The notes below the pieces were generated by a model, which was not told the origin of the DNA, searched no databases, and was given only the letters and a program-made list of their open reading frames with translations. The position numbers and the translations under genes are program-made. A DNA stretch of 64,000 nucleotides, from positions 310,001 through 374,000 of IMG/VR virus record IMGVR_UViG_3300028840_001395; one strand, 5' to 3'. Below, piece after piece: positions 8,740 to 18,200 of the stretch; within the stretch, counting starts at the first letter, position 1, and each line of letters starts with the position of its first letter.

Positions 8740-8770
8740 CTTATCTTGCCCCCCGACAGAGTAGTCTAGG
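8740..8770 (+). promoter_or_regulatory. Rightward promoter-like motif CTTAT-N15-AGTAGTCTAGG
   Basis: Inverted partner of the 8674-8704 copy, 16 nt before ATG 8787. Confidence 0.75.
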
Positions 8771-8786
8771 GGAAGGGAGAGAGGCG

Positions 8787-9143
8787 ATGAACGGCATGGT
8801 CATTCACACCGCGAAAGTCGTCACCGAGCTGAAGGGGCTGACCTCCTGTGGCGAGGCCCGCAGGCTCATCGAGCGCGACCTGACCCCCGAGCAGCGGGAG
8901 CGGGTGCTGGCGCAGGAGGCCCGGTGGGAGGACTTCGAGCGCCGCGCCTGGGAGGGCGAGGACGAGGACGACGAGCCCGCCCCCGAGTGCGAGGGCTGCG
9001 ACTGCCCGGACGGGTGCGAGGGCTGCGTGGCGTGGGAGCTGGACGAGAGCATGGACGGCGACCACGAGAGCGGCCTGGCCAGCGCGGGCTTCGGGACGGA
9101 CGAGGACTACGGCTGCTTCGACGGCGGCTGCGACGAGTGGTAG
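8787..9143 (+). CDS. Small, highly acidic, Cys-containing protein
   Basis: 34 of 118 residues are D/E. It has a purine-rich RBS and is the first gene after the promoter motif. Confidence 0.75.
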   Translation: MNGMVIHTAKVVTELKGLTSCGEARRLIERDLTPEQRERVLAQEARWEDFERRAWEGEDEDDEPAPECEGCDCPDGCEGCVAWELDESMDGDHESGLASAGFGTDEDYGCFDGGCDEW

Positions 9144-9150
9144 GGAGGAC

Positions 9151-9753
9151 GTGATGGACCTGCAACTGATGAGAGCGGACATCGAGGCGGTTGCCGCCAA
9201 GGTGCTGCGTCGGCCCGTCAAGGTCAAGGTGGGCGAGATCACCGACATCGAGGGCGAGTCGGTCGAGGGCCTGACCGTGGACGGCGACATGTTCCTCTAC
9301 GCGGTCAAGCGGACGCGGAGCGGTCTGGGGGGCAAGCCCATCGAGTTCGAGATGGTCGCCATCGACATCCTGTTCGGCGGCGACGGGCAGTTCGTGGAGC
9401 CGGACGTGCGGCGTCACCCGAGCGACGGTGAGACGTTCCACGAAAGCGACGCCATCGCGGAGGTCATCGCGGTGCTGGCCCGTGCGGAAGCTCACGGGCA
9501 CCTGGAGGCCATCGGAGAGGCCCGGCACATCGCAGAGATGAACGAAGCCGCGAAGGGACTCGACGGCAAGACGGTGCCCCTGGTGCTGCCGCCGGGTTAC
9601 CCGGTCATGAAGATCGTCATCCAGCAGCGCACGGAGTGCAAGCACTGTGGCAAGGAGATGCCGAAGAACTCCGAGGGCTGGTGGGTGCGGACGACCGCCG
9701 AGCACAAGGGTGGGCTCTACCACACGGGCTGCATCAAGATCGAGGAGAAGTGA
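9151..9753 (+). CDS. Hypothetical protein with a C-terminal CxxC...HxxC zinc finger
   Basis: CKHCGKEM...LYHTGC motif and a GGAGG RBS. Confidence 0.8.
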   Translation: MMDLQLMRADIEAVAAKVLRRPVKVKVGEITDIEGESVEGLTVDGDMFLYAVKRTRSGLGGKPIEFEMVAIDILFGGDGQFVEPDVRRHPSDGETFHESDAIAEVIAVLARAEAHGHLEAIGEARHIAEMNEAAKGLDGKTVPLVLPPGYPVMKIVIQQRTECKHCGKEMPKNSEGWWVRTTAEHKGGLYHTGCIKIEEK

Positions 9754-9754
9754 C

Positions 9755-10198
9755 GTGAATCACGCTGCTATCCACACGGTCGTCCACACGAGCCATGAAC
9801 CCGACCGGCGACGCAGGCGTCGTCGGGCAGCCGATGGGATCACCCCCCGCGACAAGACCCGAGCGCCAGTCATCCCCGACCTGGACACGCTGCCTCCGTT
9901 CATGCTCGTGCCCGACACCGACGACCCCAAGGTCAGCCTCGTGTACGCCCTGGTGGACGGCATCGCCCGCTTCAAGGGTCGCATCTGGTTCACGGAGAAA
10001 TACCGCTACGGGGGCCGCGAGTATGGAGAGGGCTGGATGGCCGAAATCGCGGGCCGCGAGGATCCCGCTCAGCACGAGCACTTCTCCGACCGCACATGCA
10101 CCAAGAGCGGCAAGGCGACAGCCATCGGGAGGCTCGTGTCGCACCCCATCAGCCCGGAGATGTTGAAGAAAGGCTTATCTCGGGGTCGGGCAAAGTAG
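9755..10198 (+). CDS. Hypothetical protein (about 147 aa)
   Basis: GTG at 9755 follows GAGGAG. The stop codon lies inside the next promoter motif. Confidence 0.6.
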   Translation: MNHAAIHTVVHTSHEPDRRRRRRRAADGITPRDKTRAPVIPDLDTLPPFMLVPDTDDPKVSLVYALVDGIARFKGRIWFTEKYRYGGREYGEGWMAEIAGREDPAQHEHFSDRTCTKSGKATAIGRLVSHPISPEMLKKGLSRGRAK

Positions 10199-10204
10199 TC
10201 TAGG
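10174..10204 (+). promoter_or_regulatory. Third copy of CTTAT-N15-AGTAGTCTAGG
   Basis: cttatctcggggtcgggcaaagtagtctagg is followed by TGGAGGG and ATG 10212. Confidence 0.75.
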
Positions 10205-10211
10205 TGGAGGG

Positions 10212-11186
10212 ATGATGATGGATACCACAGCGACACCCAAGACCCCGGAGACCCACGCTGCCATCGCCCAGATCACCGCGAGCCACTGCTGCGTGTGCCG
10301 GGCGGAACTCACCGACGCCGAGAGCGTCGAGCACGGCATCGGGCCGGTCTGCTCCAAGCGTTACTACAACCCGCTGCACAAGCCCGACGCGAGCCAGATC
10401 AAGAACGCCCTCGGGCTGCTGGCCTGCTCCGACCTGCCCGAGCACATCCAGGACGGGTTCCTCAAGCTCGTCAACACCAAGGGCGGCGAGCCGCACGCCA
10501 ACGCCCGGCTCGCGTGCAACCTGCTGGTGTACTGGGCCTCGGCCCACTTCGACAACCGCGACGAGGTGTTCAAGTGCAGCGCCATCGTCCGCACGTTGGG
10601 CTACACCGAGCTGGCTGACAAGCTGGAAGCGGACCGCACGGTCGCCATCGTCCGCGAGCACTCCGACCACATCGAGGCCTTCATCCCCGACAAGTACCGC
10701 TTCCGGGGCGACATGCGGGACATCCCCGGCGCGGAGGCGCTCACGACCACCGAGTCCAGCCCCACGGGCGACACGGTGGAGAAGCCGCTCAAGGTCGGTC
10801 GCAAGGTCGGCTGGAAGGTGCCCATCGCGGAGAAGGACTACTTCCTGACCGTCCTGGGCTACCACTGCGGCGGCGACCTCGCCTGCGGTGACGGGCGCAT
10901 CTGGAAGATCCCGAACAAGCGGTGGGCAGACCTCCGACCCTTCAAGGCCCCCGCCCAGGCGACCACGGGGACGGCCCCGGCCAACGGGAGCATCCGGCTG
11001 GAGGACACCCCGAACGGTCACGTCCGCGTGTTCACCCCCTACAACACGGACTTCATCACCGACCTCAAGAAGATCCCCTGGAAGCAGCGCCGCTGGAACC
11101 CCAACGCCCGGTGTTGGGAGGTGGGCAAGAAGTACGAGGGTCGAGCCAAGGAGCTGATCAAGACCCACTACGGGGTGGCCCTGTGA
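10212..11186 (+). CDS. DUF6011-like zinc-finger protein with a C-terminal HARP-like domain
   Basis: CCVCRAELTDAESVEHGIGPVC at the N-terminus and FTPYNTDFITDLKKIP..RRWNPNARCWEV at the C-terminus. Confidence 0.7.
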   Translation: MMMDTTATPKTPETHAAIAQITASHCCVCRAELTDAESVEHGIGPVCSKRYYNPLHKPDASQIKNALGLLACSDLPEHIQDGFLKLVNTKGGEPHANARLACNLLVYWASAHFDNRDEVFKCSAIVRTLGYTELADKLEADRTVAIVREHSDHIEAFIPDKYRFRGDMRDIPGAEALTTTESSPTGDTVEKPLKVGRKVGWKVPIAEKDYFLTVLGYHCGGDLACGDGRIWKIPNKRWADLRPFKAPAQATTGTAPANGSIRLEDTPNGHVRVFTPYNTDFITDLKKIPWKQRRWNPNARCWEVGKKYEGRAKELIKTHYGVAL

Positions 11187-11449
11187 AGCACCTGCTCACT
11201 TTTGTCCAGCCCCGAGATGAGTGGCGCACCCAGGGCGATTACATGGTGCTGCCCCCGCGCCCTGTCCCAGGCCGACTTGTCAAGAGCCAAGACACCCGAC
11301 CCGGTGCTTGCCCGTGGTACTGGCAGGTAGGCGAGTTCGTGCGAGGGTTTCGCAGCATGGAGGAAGGAGTGGTCTTCCTCGGGCGTGTCTATGATCTACT
11401 GGTCAAGGGGGTCGAACCGGAGGAGATCGAAGACGACCGGAGGGACTAG
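11183..11449 (+). CDS. Hypothetical protein (88 aa)
   Basis: GTGA overlap with the upstream stop. It fills the gap up to the convergent late module. Confidence 0.55.
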   Translation: MKHLLTFVQPRDEWRTQGDYMVLPPRPVPGRLVKSQDTRPGACPWYWQVGEFVRGFRSMEEGVVFLGRVYDLLVKGVEPEEIEDDRRD

Positions 11450-12060
11450 CCCTCGGCCTTCTTGGGCTTGGGCAGCGTGTGCTTGCCGAGCATCTCCCAC
11501 AGGCCGACCGCCGCAGCGCCCGTCAGGAAGCCCTGGATGAGCGCCGTGGTCAGGTCGAGCCCCGACGCCAGAGCGACACCCATGTAGCCCACCATGCCGA
11601 TGGCCGCAGAAACCCAGGGCACGGCCTTGTCCGGCAGGAACGAGATGACGTTGAACTTGCGGAGAACCCAGACGATCAACGTCAGCAGCAGGCCCACGAA
11701 AAGCTGCCAGTTGCCGCCCTTGGCCGCATTGATGAGCTGCTCAACCAGCAAGATGACCTCCTCCGGATCCTCCGGAATCGGGGCGGTCTTGTCGGCCTCG
11801 GCCTCCTTGACGACCTTCAAGACCTTCTTGGCCTCGGCGGGAGCGGGAGCCGCGTCCTTGACCTCGGCAGGCTTGGCCTCGATCTTGGCCTCCTCCGCAG
11901 GAGCGGGAACCGCTTCGGCCTTGGCATCGGGGGCCGGAGCCGGGGCGGCTTCTGTGGCCTTGGCGTCAGGTGCCGGAGCCTCGGTGGGCTTGGCCCCCTC
12001 GTCGGCCATCGCTGCCAAGGGCAGGGCGAGCAGGGACAGAACCAGGATTGCGCGTCGCAT
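11446..12060 (-). CDS. Holin-like membrane protein with signal peptide and Ala/Pro/Glu/Lys-rich linker
   Basis: Three C-terminal hydrophobic segments end in GFLTGAAAVGLWE plus a basic tail. It has an AAGGAGG RBS and is the last gene of the late module. Confidence 0.6.
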   Translation of the reverse strand: MRRAILVLSLLALPLAAMADEGAKPTEAPAPDAKATEAAPAPAPDAKAEAVPAPAEEAKIEAKPAEVKDAAPAPAEAKKVLKVVKEAEADKTAPIPEDPEEVILLVEQLINAAKGGNWQLFVGLLLTLIVWVLRKFNVISFLPDKAVPWVSAAIGMVGYMGVALASGLDLTTALIQGFLTGAAAVGLWEMLGKHTLPKPKKAEG

Positions 12061-12072
12061 AGCGACCTCCTT

Positions 12073-12234
12073 CTAGTCGGACTTCTGAACGGCCCGAATC
12101 TTCTTCTGGATGGCTTCCTTCTGCTCCGGTGGCAGGCCCGGATTCCGCAGGGCTTCGCGGAGCCGGGCGATGTACTTGCGCTCGTAGGGAGCCCGGATCT
12201 TCTGGCTGATGTCACTGCGTCGGATGAAGGGCAT
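12073..12234 (-). CDS. Small basic protein (53 aa)
   Basis: Below the track cut-off. MPFIRRSDISQKIRAPYERKYIARLREALRNPGLPPEQKEAIQKKIRAVQKSD is TGATG-coupled to the upstream gene and fills the gap. Confidence 0.7.
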   Translation of the reverse strand: MPFIRRSDISQKIRAPYERKYIARLREALRNPGLPPEQKEAIQKKIRAVQKSD

Positions 12235-15200
12235 CAGCACGGCCCCCCGCCCGGATCATCCGGCCCCTCCTCGGGGTACGGAGCGAGCACCACATTCGCC
12301 GGGTTCGGGATCTCCCGGTTGAAGCCCCGGAACATCGGGCGAGCGCCCAGACGGTAACGGTCAGCCGCAGCGAAGCCTTCGCCGTAGCCCGCCGGGGAGA
12401 TGTCACCACCGAGGGTGACACCATCCTCCTGCGTCGTGTCCGTTCCCAGAACCCCGTAGGTCACGATGACCATCTGGATCTCATCACCATCGGTCAACGT
12501 GTAGGATCCACCGATCAGGTCGGCCTCCTCGTAAAAGTTCCGCACCAGGAGCGCCCGGCAGACCAGTGCCCCACCCTTCATCACGGGCTGGAGCGAGTCC
12601 GAGAAGGTCTCGGTCACCCAGTCCACCGGCCCGCCGGGGTGCTGGCCATCGAGCACGTACACGGAGCCACCGCCCCGGAAGAGACGGAAGATGCGGGAGC
12701 CGCCCGTATTCTGTTCCGTCCAGGCCGAGTAGTCCGTGACCGACACGGAGCCATCCGACTGAGCGAAGAGAGCGCCGGGCTCACCGAAGAAGCGGTCATA
12801 CTCATCCCGCTCGACCAAGGGCATGAGCGTCTGGATGGGACGCGGCCCGGTCGGGCTGGCCTTCATCGCAGAGGCGTCATCCCGCAGCGGGTTCTCGCAG
12901 AGGAAGTCCGAGTCCTGGAGCAGGGCACCCAGCGGCAGGCGTTCGGTCATGCCGGTGATGTTGACCTGGCTGGTGCCATCGCCCGCGTTCATCGGACGGT
13001 CAACACCTCCCGAAAGTGGGCTGCTGGAGCGCAGGCTGAAGGGGAACTCGTTGGTCGTATCCGCGAACGGGATGATAGTCTGGAATGGTGAGTTGACCGT
13101 CGGTGGGACGCTCTCAGTGTACCACTTGGTCTCGTAGGTGACCTCGTTGCCCTCGGCACCCGTGGGGACAGCGGCGATCCGAACCTTGTCCGGCTTCTCG
13201 GGGATCGCCAGGCAGTTCTGGCTCAGCGTCGAGTGCCTGTTGATGGCCGAGGCCAGATTGGTCACGGTCTCGTTGAGGTCACCCGTATCGTGAATGACCG
13301 TGATGTCCAAGTACTTCCCATCGAGATCAACGGTGTGTGCCGCCACATCCTGTGGTTGCAGGATCGCAGCCAGGAATGGCATGATCGGCCCAGGGCCAAC
13401 AGGAGCCGCACTGGCGTTGTAGATCCAGTAATCCACTGTATCAGGAGCGACCACTGCAGCCGTCACAATCAATGCCTCATACCCAGGAGGCGGAGGCACG
13501 GTATGATCCTGTGACAACACCACCACATCTCCTGGAAGGACACCGGACAAGGTCTGCGCTGGAAAGGGAACCCCTGTATTTGCTGGGATGGCAGCCACGG
13601 GGATAGATACGGGGACGATGGTGTAACCAGGCACTCCCTGTGGCCAGTCGTAGGCGGTCGGCGTCCAGGTGTTGAACACACCCACTCTGACGATTCCATC
13701 TGTCGGGACATGGCCCTCGAATACGATGTGTTCCAGATCTTCACGGGCGTTGATGATCACAGTGTCCCCGACCGTGACCCCAGAAATCGCCTTGTTAGTG
13801 AAGGTGTAGAATCCCGGTGCGTAGGTGCCCACCAGTTGGGTCGAATCCTTGATGAACGACTGAATCGAAGTGGTGTCGATGTCCCAGACATCCTCCTCGG
13901 GAATGCCCAGGCCAGCCGGAGGAGCGTCAGTGAGCTTGGACTTGTAGGCAGCCTGTGCCCCGTAGAGATCGACGTAGGTGCCATCCAGCAACCCGAAGCG
14001 ACAGAACACGTAGTTCTCATCGTCCGGATTCAAGGTGTCCACACCCCCCTGCACGAACAGAGTCAACTCGGCCCGTGAGTCGTTGGTCTTCTGCCCTTCG
14101 GTGAAGGCCCGTGTCTTGATGCGCCAGGCAGGCTGGTCATCCGAAGAGGGCTGCCGCAGCGCCGCCGGAGGCTTGTTGCAGGTGAAGCCCACATCGAGCG
14201 GAGTGCCAGGGAACAGCTCTCCGCCGATCTTGCCCGTCCCCAACGTCGTGTAGAAGTCCATGCTGGCCAGAACCTCGAAGCCACGGGCGTTCGGGGTCTG
14301 CGGGATGTACTCGCCATCGAAGTACTGCTGGATGGGCGTCTCCATCGCGTACTGGCCCGAGATCGGCACCTGACCATAGCGGTGCTCGTAGTCCGACGCC
14401 ACCGTGACTTCGCCACCCCGCGTCATGTAGGGGTCGCCCTGGTACACGGTACGGTTGAAGTCGTTGTAGAGCTGATCGTTGTACCCCGCCGGACACGGGA
14501 TGCAGAGATGGATACCTTCGAGTTCCTCTTCATCCGAGTCGTCGTGGGGATCTCCCGAACCGTCGTGCCAGCGCACGAGCACGTAGTTGTTCTGGTCGAT
14601 CCAGCCCTTGGCGAAACCGAAGATGCAGCACTCGACCACGTAGTCGAGATCCTCGAAGGTCTCACCATCCGTGTAGTGCGTCGAGCGCGTCAGGTCGAGG
14701 ATGTTGGACGGCACGATGTAGGTGTGGTCACCCTCACTCTCCGTCATGGAGTCACTGCACAGATCCTTGGCCCCGTCCTGCAAGATGAACAGCGTCTGCT
14801 GGTCGGCATCCTCACGGATGAGGTTCGGAGCCGAATCAGAGAGCATCTCCCAGCGATTCCCCTGGAAGGTACGCCCACCGAAGGTGTCCCAGTCCCGCTT
14901 GTCATAGACCCCGTAGAGCCGGGCGATGCCCAGGTACGGCGGAAGCTGAATGCCCTTGAGACCGCGCCCCAGGTCGGAGGAGTTGACCGCGTTGAGCGCC
15001 TCGATCACCTCGTCCGCGTAGAGCACGGTGTCATCGATGTCCGTGGTCTTGCGGGCCTTGTAGTAGGGCAGGTTGTTCCACGCGGCGACGAAGGTACCCG
15101 ACCCACCGTAGTTGGACGGGGTGTCAGTCGTGAAGTACATCGAGTAGACGCCCGGCGACGGGCTCCCGTTGTTGTCCGAGCCACCGATGATGTGGAAAAC

Positions 15201-18200
15201 GTGAGCGTCCGTATCCGTGGTGTCCACGAACAGGTGGTTGATGCCCGGAAGGAACGGCCCCTGACCGTTCGAGGTGTCCGTGTAGTAGGGGATGTCCTGC
15301 CGCCCGAAGCGAGGCATCCACTCACGCGGCATGGCATAGGCCGACTGCTTGCCATTGCCGCCGATGGAGCCACCCTGCGTGAAGAGATTCAGGGCATCCT
15401 TGTAGCAGCCGTTGGGATACTGGTATGACCCGAGCAAGCAGTCGGGAATCTCCGCGAAGTAGGCGTCCTCGAAGCTAAGCTGCTTGAGGGTCATCTCCCG
15501 GTCGCGGAAGGGGCGGAACATGATGGTCTTGCTGCCCCGGTCGATGAACAGCTCGTGCTCCCGATCCTGCTCCGTGAAGCCGACCACCTGGCCACCCGCA
15601 CTCGGCATGTTCGGGGCATACCAACCCAGCGCCGGGAGCTTGTTCCAGAGCTGGATGTGGGCCGGATCCCAGTAGGTCTCGTTGGTCGGCATGTTCGGGA
15701 AGGTCAAGTCCAGGGACGCCGGGCTCTGTCGGAGGTAGGCTCCCAGCGTCTCTCCGAGGCCACCGACCATAGCGAAGCGGACGATCTCATCCGGAACACG
15801 GGCGCTGCCGCCCCGTCCGGGGTGGTACATGAGGGTGAAGGAGATCTCCAGCTTGGACTGGAGTGGATAGGTGAATTCGACCCCTCCGCAGGGGAGCGAC
15901 AGGTCGTAGGACTCTCCGAAACCGAGCCGATACCGCTCCCACGGGTAGTTGTAGATCGGATTCCAGGCATTGATCCCGTAGAAGGTGCCCGAGCTGAGCA
16001 TCTTGCCGCAGATGTCCGTGAACACGATCACCAAGTCCGCCGTGTTCGAGTCGTAGTCCGAGGTGTCGTCCGAGTTGTGCTCCTGCGACCGGAACTCCAC
16101 CGTGATGTTGTTCCCGGTGGCGGTATCGAAGGTGGTGAAGTCCTGGCTCATCGGCTCAACCCGAATACGGGTTGCTGCCGAAGCCGGGCTCGAAGTCAGA
16201 CCCAACGAGGCCGTCCCCGCCCCGATGACTCGGAAGGCACCGTTGTTGTTGCGGGAATCCGTGTCTCCGTAGAGTACCACGTAGATCTCGGACTGGCTCC
16301 CGGTGGAGTTCTTCCCGTTGTTGGTCAGCATCCCATACAACGTCCGGGTGCCTCGCAAGAGGGGCTTCGAGATAGCCGTGGGGTCATTCTGGAAGTTGGG
16401 GATATCGACGGTTCCCGGCCCCGTGTGGTCATCCTGCGACCACCAGATGCCTTCTCCGTCATCGAAGTCGATGCCCACATCAATCTCGTAGATGTCTCCG
16501 GATAGCTCCTCCAGGTCAGAGGCGCTCCGATTCTTCGTCAACTCGTTGCGGAGCAGACCTCCGAGCGCGATGAAGGGATACTCGAAGTTCGTTGCCCGCC
16601 ACGGGTACATCGGCCCCGCGTGCCTGGCGGCTTCCTCGGGCAAGATGGCCTCGGGAGCAGGCTCGAAAGCCCGGAAGTCGATGAGTCGGAGAGAGATGGG
16701 ATACTGGTTCCCGTTCTCCGGATCCACATCCGGGTAGCCGGACTTCCAGTACTCTCGGGGCATCACGGCCCGAACAGCCCGTGTGCTTCCATCACGGAAG
16801 GTTCCTCGTGCCCCGTGCGTTCCGTCATCCCCACCAAGGAAGAAGAACAGCGACGTGCCGTTCACCCAGCCGTCAGTGTCAGCCAAATTGGCCACGTTCA
16901 TGAAACCAGAGGGCTTGAAGTCCGCACCCACGTCCCAGTTGGTGTTGGTGTCGAAGGTGTCCGTGACGTTGAACCCGACCTTGTTGTCGTCCTGGCTCGC
17001 CTCGTTGTCCAGCAGGAGAGTCACCTCGGGCTGGATGACCGCCCCGTCCGACCAGATGTAGCGGATACCGTCCGGCCCATCGAGAGCCTCGGTGTGGTTC
17101 GGCGGGTCGAGGGGGCCAGGCCGACCAGCCCAGAGGTAGTCCACCTCGTTGACCGTGACGCCCTGGGTGTCGCCCGCCGCCGCGTCCTTCCAGGCCGACC
17201 GCAGCTCGTTCTTCGCCAGAGCCGCGACGTTGTGCTCCAGGAGTCGCTTGAAGTCCCAGTCGTTCGCGTTGACACCGTGCCGCAGGTCGAGCACGTCCTG
17301 CTGAGCAATCTCATCCGAGTAGAGACCGTCCGGGCGCGTGTTGAAGAACTGGAGCGAAGCCCCGGCAGAATGGCCCACCGCTGCGGTGCCCCACCGTCCC
17401 CGGCCACCTGCCGGGATAGTGACGGTTCCTGCCACGTCATCCACGGCGGAGATACCCATGATCTCCCCGTCGATGAGGATGAAGATGTTGGACAACGTGT
17501 GCTGGGGGTCGTCCCAACCCGACCCCTCCAGGTTCGAGACGCTGATCGTGGCATCGCTGACCCCCGCTGCCGCCGTGGGGCTCAAGTCCTCTGCCAACGT
17601 GGCGACCGGCAAGGGCTGGGCTCCGTCGAGCGGGATGGGCAGATGCTTGGAGTTCGGGGTGCGCTCGAAACCACCGTTCTGCTCGGGGTCACCCGCATCC
17701 GTGACAGCCTGATACACCTTCGAGTTACGCCGGAAGATGGCCGCGATGGGGATGGCGTAGGTGTATCCGTCGATGGTTCCCAGAGCGTTGCCTGCGTCTC
17801 CGTCGCCAGCCCGCCAGAGGCCGGGATCACCCAGATCCTCGCGCATGTTGTCGAAGGAGAATCCAGGAATCGGGTCGTCCGCCGTTCCCTGACCGAGAAT
17901 GTTGGGATCACCCAGACCGTCCGGGTGGACTTCGAGAGCCACGCTGCCCCCGACTCCCGCAGCGGCCCCGCCGAACACGCGGAGGCGATACTGAACCTGG
18001 ATGCGACCCGTGGTCTCCATCCCGATGCTCGGGTCTTCGAGGTCATCCGTCAGGTTCGTCCCGCCATAGAGGACGTTCCCGTACTTCCAGAGGGTCGAGG
18101 CGTTGGGCTTGTTGACCTCCGAGGGATTCGGGTCAACCCGGCACTGCCAGGCTTCGAGGAACAGGAAGTCGATGCGCCGGTCAGTCTCGGGCGGCGGGTA

